This document shows positions 1 through 9,710 of a stretch of 64,000 nt of DNA, piece after piece. Within the stretch, counting starts at the first letter, position 1. Each line of letters opens with the position of its first letter. Source of the stretch: Candidatus Obscuribacterales bacterium. GTDB taxonomy: Bacteria > Cyanobacteriota > Vampirovibrionia > Obscuribacterales > Obscuribacteraceae. Below the pieces are notes generated by a model, which was given only the letters and a program-made list of their open reading frames with translations, had not been told where the DNA came from and did no database searches. Position numbers and translations under genes: made by a program. The stretch is from contig CBDDIJ010000005.1 of the NCBI GenBank assembly GCA_965228855.1, positions 448,001 to 512,000 on the forward strand, written 5' to 3'.

Positions 1-2
1 AG

Positions 3-1466
3 GAAGCAAAGGCCTCCAGTCGCCTTTCTCATCCCAACATCATTACCATCTACGACTTCGGACTGATCCCGGAAGGACATCGTCCTTATATTGCGATGGA
101 CCTGTTGATAGGAACGCCGCTGTCCGATCTTCTGTCGTCGGTAGAGCGACTTTCGCTTGAAGAAGCTATTCCGGTATTCGTTCAGGTCTGCTCCGCGTTA
201 GGAGAAGCACACAGGCAAGGCGTCGTACACCGAGACGTTAAACCGGAGAACATCGTCCTTGTTGAACGCAGCGGACAACGCTTATTCCCCATCGTGGTGG
301 ACTTCGGCATCGCGCGTATAGTGGAAGAATCTGACGCCGCTAAGATTACGCGCACCGGCACCGTATGTGGTTCGCCTACATATATGAGTCCGGAGCAGTG
401 CACCTCATCCAAGGTTGATCATCGCAGTGACATTTACTCTCTTGGCGTAGTCATTTATGAAACCCTTACCGGCGAAGTTCCGTTCCACTCTGACGAACTC
501 GTGCGTGTTATGGCAATGCACCTGTCCGATCCGCCCACACCATTGAATCAAGTCAAACCTGGTTTGGTCTTCCCTGAGATGCTGGAAGAAGTGGTTTACA
601 AATCACTGGCGAAAAATCCGGACCAGCGCTATCAATCAATGGAAGATTTCGCGGCAGCATTAGAAGAATCAGTCAAGCAGAAGGAACCGGCATCAGCCAA
701 AACATCTCAAAAGAAGGCGAAACCGATAGAGCCTGGTCCGCTCGCGCAGGACGAAAGCTTGCATATGCAACGCAGCCAGAGTCAGGAGATGCCGGCGCCG
801 TCGCGAGCATCATCGCGCGACCTGGCCAGCCGCGCCCTGGAAGAATTACAAACTCGCGGTTCCAGCACGGGAAACAGTCCAGCCCAGGAACCACCAAATA
901 CGGTATCGGATCAAATCAACGCCATGCGCGCGCAGATGCGACAGGAGCACCACGAAGGTCATGCAGGCGCGCTCAAATCAAGCGATTTTTCGAGAGGCCG
1001 GAAGGGCGGATCAGGCGCTTTGCAAAAGGTCCTCTATGGGGTCGTCGGTCTTCTGGGAATCGCAGTTTTGTACTTCACGCTGCTGAGCGCGGGAGTAGTT
1101 CCCAAAACACTGCCCTCAATGTCGGGAAGCACTCCGGCACCAACCGTTAAAGATGCGCAAAAATTAGTCGCTGAAGGCAAACTCAAGGATGCCATCCCCG
1201 TTTTCGAAGCACTGAAGTCGCAGGGCAAACTAAATCCCGCAGAAAAGGAGAGTCTCAACGATCTTTATATAAAGGTCGGCAAGCAACATGTCGATGAAGG
1301 AGACATTCCAGAAGCAATTGAGACCGTGAAGAAAGTTCCTGCCGATTCTAAGCATTACAAAACGGCTCAGGGATTGGCTAAGCAATGGGAAGCCAAATCG
1401 AACGGCGGCGAAGAAAAAGAAGAGAAGGACAAAAAGAAGGGCCCGCGCCGTCGCAGACGCTCCTGA
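3..1466 (+). CDS. Hanks-type Ser/Thr protein kinase with TM segment and helical C-terminal domain (5' partial)
   Basis: Frame is open from nt 3 (EAKASSRLSHPNIITIYDFG). Has HRDVKPEN, DFG, GSPTYMSPE and DIYSLG motifs, and a hydrophobic segment VLYGVVGLLGIAVLYFTLL. Confidence 0.92.
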   Translation, partial: EAKASSRLSHPNIITIYDFGLIPEGHRPYIAMDLLIGTPLSDLLSSVERLSLEEAIPVFVQVCSALGEAHRQGVVHRDVKPENIVLVERSGQRLFPIVVDFGIARIVEESDAAKITRTGTVCGSPTYMSPEQCTSSKVDHRSDIYSLGVVIYETLTGEVPFHSDELVRVMAMHLSDPPTPLNQVKPGLVFPEMLEEVVYKSLAKNPDQRYQSMEDFAAALEESVKQKEPASAKTSQKKAKPIEPGPLAQDESLHMQRSQSQEMPAPSRASSRDLASRALEELQTRGSSTGNSPAQEPPNTVSDQINAMRAQMRQEHHEGHAGALKSSDFSRGRKGGSGALQKVLYGVVGLLGIAVLYFTLLSAGVVPKTLPSMSGSTPAPTVKDAQKLVAEGKLKDAIPVFEALKSQGKLNPAEKESLNDLYIKVGKQHVDEGDIPEAIETVKKVPADSKHYKTAQGLAKQWEAKSNGGEEKEEKDKKKGPRRRRRS

Positions 1467-1500
1467 GCAGACGTCCTTCCAATGATGCTATCAGTGGTGC

Positions 1501-2472
1501 CTATTCGTTGAAGGCGCCAATAGCTCTAAACTTAGCCTGACGGTCGTTACGGACTTCTTCGGCCGACATTTTCATGAGATCTTTAAGCTGATTCAGAATC
1601 GCGGCTTTAGCATTAGCTGCAGTCGTATCAGCATCATGATGAGCGCCCCGAAGCGGTTCGTCAATGACACCATCTATAACACCAAGCTCCAAAATCTCTC
1701 TTGCGGTAATACGCATAGCCTGAGCTGCTTCCATAGCCTTTTCGGCAGTTTTCCACAAAATAGAGGCACAACCTTCAGGCGAAATAACCGAATAGACGGA
1801 ATGCTCAAGCATAAGAACTCGATTGGCCAGGCCGATTGCAAGCGCTCCTCCGGAACCGCCTTCTCCAGTCACGACTGAAACGACGGGAACTTTGAGACCG
1901 GCGAGTTCCAACAAATTCACGGCGATAGCTTCGGCCTGGTTATGCTCTTCGGCAGTCAAGCCGGGGTAAGCACCGGGAGTATCGATCAAAGTCACGACAG
2001 GCAAACCGAATTTTTCGGCATGCTTGAATAGGCGCAAGGCTTTTCGATAACCCTCAGGCTGCGGCATACCGAAGTTGCACTGTTGTTTGTCGCGCAACGA
2101 GCGCCCTTTTTGGGTACCGACTGCCACCACTTTCACGTCATCGGAAAGTTGCAACAGGCCGCAAACCATCGCGTCGTCGTCACGACCTTTTCGATCGCCA
2201 TGCAATTCGATCCACTGTGGATCCCATCTATCGAAATAATCGCGAGTGTAGGGACGGTGCGGGTGACGAGCAATTGCCAGATGGTCGAGCGGTTTCAGAT
2301 TCGTATAAAGAGATTTCTGCAGACGCTCGTACTGATCCTCGAGCCGTTCTACATCGCCTTCGAGTTGCGGCTGGCTGGACAGTTGCTCTTTCAAGCGCTC
2401 GATCTGCTGACGCAACAGCTCAAGCGGTTTTTCAAATTCAAGCGGTATCGGTCGCTTTTCTCTCTCAGCCAT
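1501..2472 (-). CDS. accA: Acetyl-CoA carboxylase carboxyltransferase alpha subunit
   Basis: LEFEKPL, ARHPHRP, ELHGDR, FGMPQPEGYRKALR, DTPGAYPG, GEGGSGGALA and YSVISPEGCASILW motifs. Confidence 0.97.
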   Translation of the reverse strand: MAEREKRPIPLEFEKPLELLRQQIERLKEQLSSQPQLEGDVERLEDQYERLQKSLYTNLKPLDHLAIARHPHRPYTRDYFDRWDPQWIELHGDRKGRDDDAMVCGLLQLSDDVKVVAVGTQKGRSLRDKQQCNFGMPQPEGYRKALRLFKHAEKFGLPVVTLIDTPGAYPGLTAEEHNQAEAIAVNLLELAGLKVPVVSVVTGEGGSGGALAIGLANRVLMLEHSVYSVISPEGCASILWKTAEKAMEAAQAMRITAREILELGVIDGVIDEPLRGAHHDADTTAANAKAAILNQLKDLMKMSAEEVRNDRQAKFRAIGAFNE

Positions 2473-2525
2473 CTGTCCTTTAAACTCCCCACGCCTCGTT
2501 CAAGCGGAAAACTCGAAATTCGGCA

Positions 2526-3452
2526 TCAAGCCCTCGAACCTACCTTATCTTTTTTTTTAGCCCCTGCCAGGGCGCTGTTTGCATCAGACTTGTGGAAGTT
2601 AAGCAACTTCCCAAGCGTGTCTTTGAGAGACAGACGATCGACGACCATGTCAACCTGTCCGTGTTTCAACAAGTATTCAGCTGTCTGGAAATCATTAGGC
2701 AACTTTTGCCGAATGGTTTCCTCGATTACTCTTCTTCCGGCAAAACCTATACGAGCACCCGGTTCTGCAATGATAATGTCACCCAACATCGCGAAGCTCG
2801 CGGTCACTCCGCCAAATGTCGGTTCACACAAAAGTGAGATGTAGAGCAGACCCTCGTCTGCCAGCGACTTGAGGGCGGAGCTCGTCTTCGCCATTTGCAT
2901 CAAGCTGAGCAAGCCTTCTTGCATGCGAGCGCCACCTGAACTCGAAATGATGATGACGCCAATGCGCTTCTCAATTGCTTTTTCGATCAGGCGAGTCACC
3001 TTTTCGCCGACTACGGAACCCATGGAACCGCCGAAATAAGCGAAGTCCATGATTCCCAGAGCGACTTCTTCGCCATTAATTTTGCAGATACCCGTGATGA
3101 CCGCGTCTCGCAAACCTGTCTTGCGTTCGGCATCTTGCTGTTTTTTCGTATAAGACTCAGTGTCGATAAAACCCAGCGGGTCCGAAGACGTCATTTTCGC
3201 ATCCAGCTCGTGGAACGAGCCTACATCGGCTAGTTGCTCGATGCGTTCGTCGGCTCCGATTCTAAAATGATATTTGCATTTTGGACAGACCGACATATTG
3301 GTGCGCAAATCGCGCACATACAGAAGTTCACGGCATTGGAAACAGGGCTTCCACAAAGCGCAATACTCTTCGTTTGACATCGGCAGCTTAGGTGCCAGAT
3401 TCTGGTCTTCTTTGGGCTTCTTGCGATTAGCAAACCATTCCTTGAGATCCAT
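2526..3452 (-). CDS. accD: Acetyl-CoA carboxylase carboxyltransferase beta subunit
   Basis: Zn finger CFQC...CPKC, GGSMGSVVGEK, SGGARMQEG, GGVTASFA, FAGRRVIE and FQTAEYLL motifs. Confidence 0.97.
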   Translation of the reverse strand: MDLKEWFANRKKPKEDQNLAPKLPMSNEEYCALWKPCFQCRELLYVRDLRTNMSVCPKCKYHFRIGADERIEQLADVGSFHELDAKMTSSDPLGFIDTESYTKKQQDAERKTGLRDAVITGICKINGEEVALGIMDFAYFGGSMGSVVGEKVTRLIEKAIEKRIGVIIISSSGGARMQEGLLSLMQMAKTSSALKSLADEGLLYISLLCEPTFGGVTASFAMLGDIIIAEPGARIGFAGRRVIEETIRQKLPNDFQTAEYLLKHGQVDMVVDRLSLKDTLGKLLNFHKSDANSALAGAKKKDKVGSRA

Positions 3453-3668
3453 TCAGCTTTGGGCTTCGCCCAACCTCGCGAGTAGTGTAAATTGAACCGT
3501 CGGTCTGCCGGACTGAACCTCCTGGCTCTATGGAAGCTGTCATGATGTACCCTGAAAGAATTCGCGAAAGCGTGATTCCCTCGGCAGCGGGCGAGCTTCA
3601 GCCCTGAGCAGACGAAGATTATATCATTGTCAGATCCTACAAAGAGAGACGTATGGCCTAAGGTAAAA

Positions 3669-4496
3669 ATGACTATTCATCGTTTCATCATTGATAGTTC
3701 TCAAGTCGACCGCGAAGGCGGCTGGGTCAAACTCGCCGATCCCAGACAGGTAAAGCAACTCACGCGAGTACTGCGACTCGAAAAAGGTGACCGTATAGAT
3801 GTAGTGGATGAGAACGGAACGCTTTACGAACTGAATATCGAGTCGTTTTCGAACAAACAGGTCGACGCCCGCATTTCGAAGGTGCAGGAAGCGAAAGCGA
3901 GCAACTCCAGACCGTTTCGAATTACTGTGGTGTTGCCGCTTTTGAAAGGAGGCAACTTCGAGTCCACTTTACAGAAACTAACCGAGATTGGCGTAGACAC
4001 TATCATTCCAGTCTCCACAGAGAGAACGATCGTGAAGGTGGATGGAGAGCGAGGCACGAAAGCAGATGAAAAACTGCGTCGCTGGATGTCAATCCTGAAA
4101 GAATCCACAGAGCAATGTGAGCGACCGAGACCACCGCAGATCGTCAAAGTCAGGCCACTGGAAAAAGCTTTGAATGATTTAAGGAGAGCAGATAATTCCG
4201 GTTTCACATTCATCTGCGTCGAAAGAAGTCAAGCACCACATTTGGTTACTACTGTGTACAGCAGAAGATTTGGAGAGGCATCACCGGCAGTGGCACCGTC
4301 CGATATATCCATAGTTATCGGACCGGAAGGTGGTTTTTCTGAACAAGAAATAGACCATGCGATATCGCTCGGATGCATACCGTGCAGCCTGGGAGGCAAT
4401 ATTTTGAGATCTGAAACGGCAGCTGTCGTCGCAGCCGGTCTGGTAGCCAGTTTTGAAGAAATTTCAGGTTGCGCCCCGAAATATTCAATCGAGTAG
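3669..4496 (+). CDS. rsmE: 16S rRNA m3U1498 methyltransferase RsmE
   Basis: RVLRL, KLTEIGV, EQCER, IGPEGGFS and LGGNILRSETA SPOUT motifs. ATG 3669 preferred over TTG 3627. Confidence 0.93.
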   Translation: MTIHRFIIDSSQVDREGGWVKLADPRQVKQLTRVLRLEKGDRIDVVDENGTLYELNIESFSNKQVDARISKVQEAKASNSRPFRITVVLPLLKGGNFESTLQKLTEIGVDTIIPVSTERTIVKVDGERGTKADEKLRRWMSILKESTEQCERPRPPQIVKVRPLEKALNDLRRADNSGFTFICVERSQAPHLVTTVYSRRFGEASPAVAPSDISIVIGPEGGFSEQEIDHAISLGCIPCSLGGNILRSETAAVVAAGLVASFEEISGCAPKYSIE

Positions 4497-4707
4497 TGAA
4501 ACCATATACAGTGACACACCGTCGTATTCTTCGGGGACGCCATTTCGGCGAATTGTCACCTCCGGTGGTGCCCTAAAAACCGAAATGCATAGAGAATATA
4601 TTTGAGAAAATCTCGTTATTGACTTGACAAAGGGAGGCTTCACGAGGCTTAATAGTAGCCGATGCGGGCGGCATCATCGGTGATGCATATCCTCGACAAG
4701 AAAGGCA

Positions 4708-5370
4708 ATGAGCGTGGCTGCAAACTTAGCTCAAATAAGAGACTACCTGGGTGAGCAGCCAGTCAAACTTATTGCCGTATCCAAGGCAGCAAGCCTGTCT
4801 CAGATTGAGGAAGCGATCCGGTGTGGTGTCACCGAGTTTGGTGAAAACCGAGTGCAAGATGCACTGAACAAGATGGAGCAGCTGTCACCGAATACGGTGT
4901 CGGTCAACTGGCATCTAATCGGTCATCTGCAAACCAACAAAGTGAAGCTAGCTGTGGGAAACTTCACTTTGATTCATTCCGTCGACTCGTTGCGGTTGGC
5001 GAAAGAGATCTCGGCAACAGCTCAAAAGAAAGACATCACCCAGCGGGTCCTCCTGCAAGTGATGGTTCTTCCCGATCCGAACAAGAGTGGGTTCACCATC
5101 GACGAACTGAAAGCGTCGATGAACGAGCTTCTAGCCTTGCCAGGAATGAAAATAGAAGGGCTGATGACGATTACTCCTTTAACCAATGACAACGCCGTCT
5201 GGACGGAAAGCTTCAATCGCCTGCGTGAACTGCGTGATGAACTCGCGCAGACTCACGGAATCGAGCTCAAAGAGCTTTCCATGGGTATGACGAACGACTG
5301 GCAGGATGCCGTCAAATGTGGTGCCACAATGGTGCGGATTGGTAGGGCGATTTTTCAGGATAACAACTAG
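4708..5370 (+). CDS. yggS: Pyridoxal phosphate homeostasis protein (YggS/PipY family)
   Basis: LIAVSK, FGENRVQ, WHLIGHLQTNK, IHSVDS, LSMGMTND and VRIGRAIF motifs. Confidence 0.96.
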   Translation: MSVAANLAQIRDYLGEQPVKLIAVSKAASLSQIEEAIRCGVTEFGENRVQDALNKMEQLSPNTVSVNWHLIGHLQTNKVKLAVGNFTLIHSVDSLRLAKEISATAQKKDITQRVLLQVMVLPDPNKSGFTIDELKASMNELLALPGMKIEGLMTITPLTNDNAVWTESFNRLRELRDELAQTHGIELKELSMGMTNDWQDAVKCGATMVRIGRAIFQDNN

Positions 5371-5467
5371 AGTTTTGTTTGTGTTTGGTTCAAGAGAAAG
5401 AAAAAGAGAAGGCTGAGACGGTACATCGAAGGTTTTTTAGGCGCAGGACAAGCCGGCAAGGAGGAAA

Positions 5468-5983
5468 GTGGTGAGCAGCATAGTACAAAAATTCAAAAGT
5501 TTCTGGTTCGGACCCACCGATCAATACGATCAAGAAGATTTCGAGGATCTGTTTGAGACAACAGATGATGTCTACGCAACCAACGGTCAGTTGGCTCTAG
5601 ACCGCACACCGATGGAGGCACCGCCTCCGCCGCAAATCACGCCGGGATTCAACCAACGCTCGAAAGTGGTGGACCACCCGAGTGCAGCGGCAGCAAGCGA
5701 AGTGCTGGTCATCGAACCCAGACAGTTCGAAGAGTCGATCGAAATCGTGGACCATCTTCGCAACAGAAAATCGGTTCTGCTGAATCTGCATATGCTCGAC
5801 AACGAGCAATCGCAGCGCGTCGTAGACTTCCTATCGGGCGCCACCTGGGCAATCGACGGACATCAACAACGCATCGGCGATGGAGTGTTCTTGTTTGCAC
5901 CAGCCTCGGTTACCATCAACACCGAGTCGAACGGTTCGAAAGCTTTAAAAGAAGCTTTCTGGAACCAAACCGCGACGCTTTAG
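5468..5983 (+). CDS. sepF: Cell division protein SepF
   Basis: EPRQFEE...SVLLNL...QRVVDFLSGATWAIDG...FLFAP. Follows yggS, with GGAGG RBS before the GTG. Confidence 0.94.
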   Translation: MVSSIVQKFKSFWFGPTDQYDQEDFEDLFETTDDVYATNGQLALDRTPMEAPPPPQITPGFNQRSKVVDHPSAAAASEVLVIEPRQFEESIEIVDHLRNRKSVLLNLHMLDNEQSQRVVDFLSGATWAIDGHQQRIGDGVFLFAPASVTINTESNGSKALKEAFWNQTATL

Positions 5984-6020
5984 AGCGAACGCGAGGCCGA
6001 GCCGGCGACTTAAGGAATCC

Positions 6021-6058
6021 GAAACGGTGGCACCAGATACGGCGCCACCGTTTTCTTT
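6021..6058. terminator. Intrinsic terminator hairpin between convergent sepF and kinase genes
   Basis: GAAACGGTGGCACC-AGATAC-GGCGCCACCGTTTTC followed by TTT. Confidence 0.75.
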
Positions 6059-6060
6059 CG

Positions 6061-8244
6061 TCAAAATGACTTGGTTGGAATCAAATCGAGTTCGGAACTT
6101 GGTGCTCCCGGTGCTATTTGGGTTTGCGGCATTAACTTCCGCAACCCATTAAGATCCGGTCCAGTCAACCCTGAACAGTCAACCAGGGATAACGCATACA
6201 ATTCTTTGAATCGCGGAAAGTAGGGCACGCTGTTCGATGTGATGTTCAGCCCGTCAAGACTCAGCGACCGCATGCGAGTGAAGCCTGGACGTGTCTCTCT
6301 GGCAAGCAAGGTCCGCACAAAGCCTTCAGAAACGCCCGTATGCCCGACATTGAGTGTATTGAGATTCGGCAAGCGATTGACGGTTTTATCTAGCTCAGCT
6401 TCACTTATTTTGGTTCTATCGAGAGCGAGAACAGCCAGATTTCTGTTCCTCTGAATATATTTCAGGGTCCGGTCAGTGATGTCAGTCTCAGTCAAAATCA
6501 CCTCGTTCAAGTTCATCCGGCTCAACGGCTCCATGTCATCATCAGTCAGATTTTTTGCCCGAGAAAAACAGACCGCTACTAATTTCGGCATCGCCAGCAA
6601 AAGGCGCTTTGAAAACGCTCCTGTGTTTTGGGGCTCATCGGCTAAATGAATTTTGGTCAGTTTCTGACAATGCAGAATCGACTCCAGGCCTTTCTCCGTG
6701 AGGTTAGGACAGTGAGAGATAATCAAGACGCGGAGCCGATCTCCGAATACATTTACACATTCAGCTAGTGCTGCGTCATCGATATCGCAATGACGGAAGT
6801 GCAATTGCTCAACATTCATTCCCCGAAGCTTTGCAATCTTGTCGGCGGTCATGAAGTTATTTCGAAAGAACGAAAGCACTCTGCAGTTCTTGGCTTCTCG
6901 ACCGAGAAGTTCGGCTTGCGGCATCGTGAACAAGCCCTCACCCAAATCAATATGTGCTTTTTGAAGGCGGTCATGCGTTCGCTTAAGGGCTACTTTGTTA
7001 AGAATCGCCTCTTGCTCGAGCGGAACCAATTTCTTTTCATCGGATGAGCCCAGTAACGCGACACCGTGCGAGGCCGCTAAGACAGGGGCTTTCGGTTGAT
7101 CGCTCATGATCCGATTCCAGATTGCGAAAACACTGATTGCAACTAAAACCAGAGTAGCAGCAGCCATACGGAAAAACACGAAACGCTTGTGTCTTTCGCT
7201 GCTTTCGCGCGATAGAAACTGTTCGGCAGACTGCCTTTCGAGTTCCTCCGCGTCCCGTCGTTCCATCATGCTGCTATGCACTTTGTTATACACCTGCTCG
7301 ATTTCCCAGCGCATTGAGTCCATGGAAGGTCTCGAATCAGGCTTTTTCTCGAGCATTCTCAGAATCAGATCGTCAAGCTCTTGCGGGTAGTTTTGGAAGT
7401 AAGTTACTTCTGAAATCGGCTTGGGAGAAGCCTTTTGATGAAGCATGAATGTATCGAGTGCAGTGGCGCCGACGAAAGGGCGCTGACCCGAAAACGCCTC
7501 GTACATAACACAACCAAGCGCGTACACATCGCTTTTCTCAGAAACCGCTTCCCCGGCGCATTGCTCCGGACTCATATAAGGAGGCGTGCCAAAGATTGCT
7601 CCGGTTCTTGTCAAAGACTGGGCGACTTGACCAGCATCAGCAATCTTGGCGATGCCGAAGTCGAGGATCTTCGAGACGGTTTCGCTATCCCGAGACACCA
7701 ACATGATGTTTGCCGGCTTCAAATCTCGATGCAAAACTTTATGTCTGTGGGCGTAAGCCAGAGCATCACAGCATTCTTGAAATATGCGCAGCAACTCAAC
7801 GAGGCCGAGGCTGCGCGCCTCGATCGCATCAGATAGAGTTTCCCCCTCCAGATACTCCATCGACATGAAAGGTACGCCATCATCGGCAATACCAAAGTCG
7901 AGTATGGAAACTAGATTGGGATGATTGAACTTGCCGGCCGCCTTCGCCTCTTGCTGGAAACGGACAAGATTTGCCGAGTCAAACTGTCTGGCCACAAGTG
8001 TTTTCACTGCAACGATTTTGTCGAGGTTCAAATTTTTGCACTTGTAGACGACACCCATTCCGCCCACGCCCAGAGTTGAAATGAACTCGTAGTGCCCGGC
8101 AAAAATGTCCCCGGGAGCAGGAGTGCGGACAACCTGTGCGAGAAGATGGCTGCACGCCTCAGACGCTTCCCTGCCGCCAGAACAATGTGGACACCATTGA
8201 ACGGTGCGGTCCATTTTTTCGCTGCCAGGGGTGGGTGTCTTCAC
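6061..8244 (-). CDS. Ser/Thr protein kinase - TM - leucine-rich repeat protein
   Basis: LGVGGMGVVYK, VAVK, HRDLKPAN, DFG and GTPPYMSPE motifs. TM segment MAAATLVLVAISVFAIW. C-terminal LxxLxL repeats (LAVLALDRTKI, LNTLNVGHTGV, MRSLSLDGLNI). Confidence 0.92.
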   Translation of the reverse strand: MKTPTPGSEKMDRTVQWCPHCSGGREASEACSHLLAQVVRTPAPGDIFAGHYEFISTLGVGGMGVVYKCKNLNLDKIVAVKTLVARQFDSANLVRFQQEAKAAGKFNHPNLVSILDFGIADDGVPFMSMEYLEGETLSDAIEARSLGLVELLRIFQECCDALAYAHRHKVLHRDLKPANIMLVSRDSETVSKILDFGIAKIADAGQVAQSLTRTGAIFGTPPYMSPEQCAGEAVSEKSDVYALGCVMYEAFSGQRPFVGATALDTFMLHQKASPKPISEVTYFQNYPQELDDLILRMLEKKPDSRPSMDSMRWEIEQVYNKVHSSMMERRDAEELERQSAEQFLSRESSERHKRFVFFRMAAATLVLVAISVFAIWNRIMSDQPKAPVLAASHGVALLGSSDEKKLVPLEQEAILNKVALKRTHDRLQKAHIDLGEGLFTMPQAELLGREAKNCRVLSFFRNNFMTADKIAKLRGMNVEQLHFRHCDIDDAALAECVNVFGDRLRVLIISHCPNLTEKGLESILHCQKLTKIHLADEPQNTGAFSKRLLLAMPKLVAVCFSRAKNLTDDDMEPLSRMNLNEVILTETDITDRTLKYIQRNRNLAVLALDRTKISEAELDKTVNRLPNLNTLNVGHTGVSEGFVRTLLARETRPGFTRMRSLSLDGLNITSNSVPYFPRFKELYALSLVDCSGLTGPDLNGLRKLMPQTQIAPGAPSSELDLIPTKSF

Positions 8245-8282
8245 ACCAACGCTATTCCCTGTTTATTAGCCGCTCTAGCGGT

Positions 8283-9317
8283 TCAGTACGAGTTTTTGAA
8301 CCAGAAGTTGGGATTGGATGCCTCATTATTGACGTAAATGCAATAGTGCAAATGAGGTCCACTGGCTCTACCGGTTTTACCGACAGTACCGATAACCTGC
8401 CCGGCCTCAACCTCATCCCCTTCCTTGACAAGAACTTTTGTCATATGAATTGAAATCGAGATCACTCCGCGCCCGTGATCGAGTACGACCACGTTGCCAT
8501 GCAGCTTCCAACCCGTGTGAGCAACCAGCACACGACCTGCGGCGGCAGCATGGATCGGCGTGCCTACAGGTGCGGCGAAATCCTGTCCTGAATGGAAATA
8601 ATCAGTAAGCAGTTTGCCGTTAACTATTCGTTTCACGCCGAACTTAGTCGACATTCGTCCTGCTGCCGGATGCTTGAACGCGCTGTTCCAGCGTTTTTCA
8701 GCGGATAGAACCTTCTTCGCTTTGGCGATAGTCTCCTTCTCGCCCGGCGAAGCGTTGAAATTGTCCTTCTTCTTCGGAAGCGTCAATCGCTGGATTCCAA
8801 AATGAGCATCAGAAACAGATATCGTCGCCACGGCACCGCCGGCGGTTATCTGATGTTTTCCTGGCTTTATCTGCGCCGGAATGGCTATGTACGCCGAGCG
8901 GACAGATTTGCCACCATAGTCATCGGTGAAGAATTTGTACGTCTCACCGTTGAATTTAAAAGTTTCCACTGCCGGGTCGATGTCCTGACTGAGAGAGATC
9001 TTTATGGGCTCTCCTTGAACGGGCTTGTCGTTAGAAACGATGATGCCATTAAGATTGACAGCGTCGGCATCGACAGCTTCAGCAACCGTGGCGACACGGA
9101 CCCCCTCGAGCTCCCGGAGGCGAATGCCACCACCTGTAGAGCCCGGAGTCGAGACCGGAGCGTCGGAAAAAACACTCGCCTGGTCTGTTGTCGAACCAGG
9201 CGAGTCTATTGTTTTAGCTGCGCAGATACTGCTATTTGCGGCGACTGATAACGTTGCGGGGATGAGAAGCGAAAGTGAGAGCTTGCAGGCTCGTTTAGCG
9301 AATAACCAATTGTTCAA
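8283..9317 (-). CDS. Secreted M23 family metallopeptidase
   Basis: Signal-like N-terminus, HSGQD (HxxxD), GNVVVLDHG and TGRASGPHLHY (HxH) motifs. Confidence 0.9.
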   Translation of the reverse strand: MNNWLFAKRACKLSLSLLIPATLSVAANSSICAAKTIDSPGSTTDQASVFSDAPVSTPGSTGGGIRLRELEGVRVATVAEAVDADAVNLNGIIVSNDKPVQGEPIKISLSQDIDPAVETFKFNGETYKFFTDDYGGKSVRSAYIAIPAQIKPGKHQITAGGAVATISVSDAHFGIQRLTLPKKKDNFNASPGEKETIAKAKKVLSAEKRWNSAFKHPAAGRMSTKFGVKRIVNGKLLTDYFHSGQDFAAPVGTPIHAAAAGRVLVAHTGWKLHGNVVVLDHGRGVISISIHMTKVLVKEGDEVEAGQVIGTVGKTGRASGPHLHYCIYVNNEASNPNFWFKNSY

Positions 9318-9350
9318 TACATCGGACCTCCGTCTGCAAAAGTGATAGCA

Positions 9351-9596
9351 CTATTTGCTCGACTTAGGCACCAATCTATCAATCGCATCTTGCAAAGCTT
9401 CAATCTTATCGATAGGAATTGCGACACCCTTCTTGGTGGGTTTCTCTTCCTGGTCCTTATCAACGTACCATTCACGAATGTGTAAGTACTTGGTCCCTCT
9501 ATATTCGCCAATGTAAACGTTGATGGTTTCGCCTCTGGCCTTTTCGTGAACCGTGATTCTCTCTTCCAAGGTGCAATCCTCCGCGATATCTCTCAC
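9351..9596 (-). CDS. PC4/p15-family ssDNA-binding protein
   Basis: EYRGTKYLHIREWY...KPTKKGVAI matches the PC4 fold signature. Confidence 0.82.
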   Translation of the reverse strand: MRDIAEDCTLEERITVHEKARGETINVYIGEYRGTKYLHIREWYVDKDQEEKPTKKGVAIPIDKIEALQDAIDRLVPKSSK

Positions 9597-9710
9597 TTAA
9601 TAAAGTGACCTATAAAATTTGGAATTCCGAGCTTATACCAAGTATATATAAGAGCTTGAAACTCTGAAATAGAATCTGATCCTTATCAAGTAATAGATAC
9701 CACGATTTAA

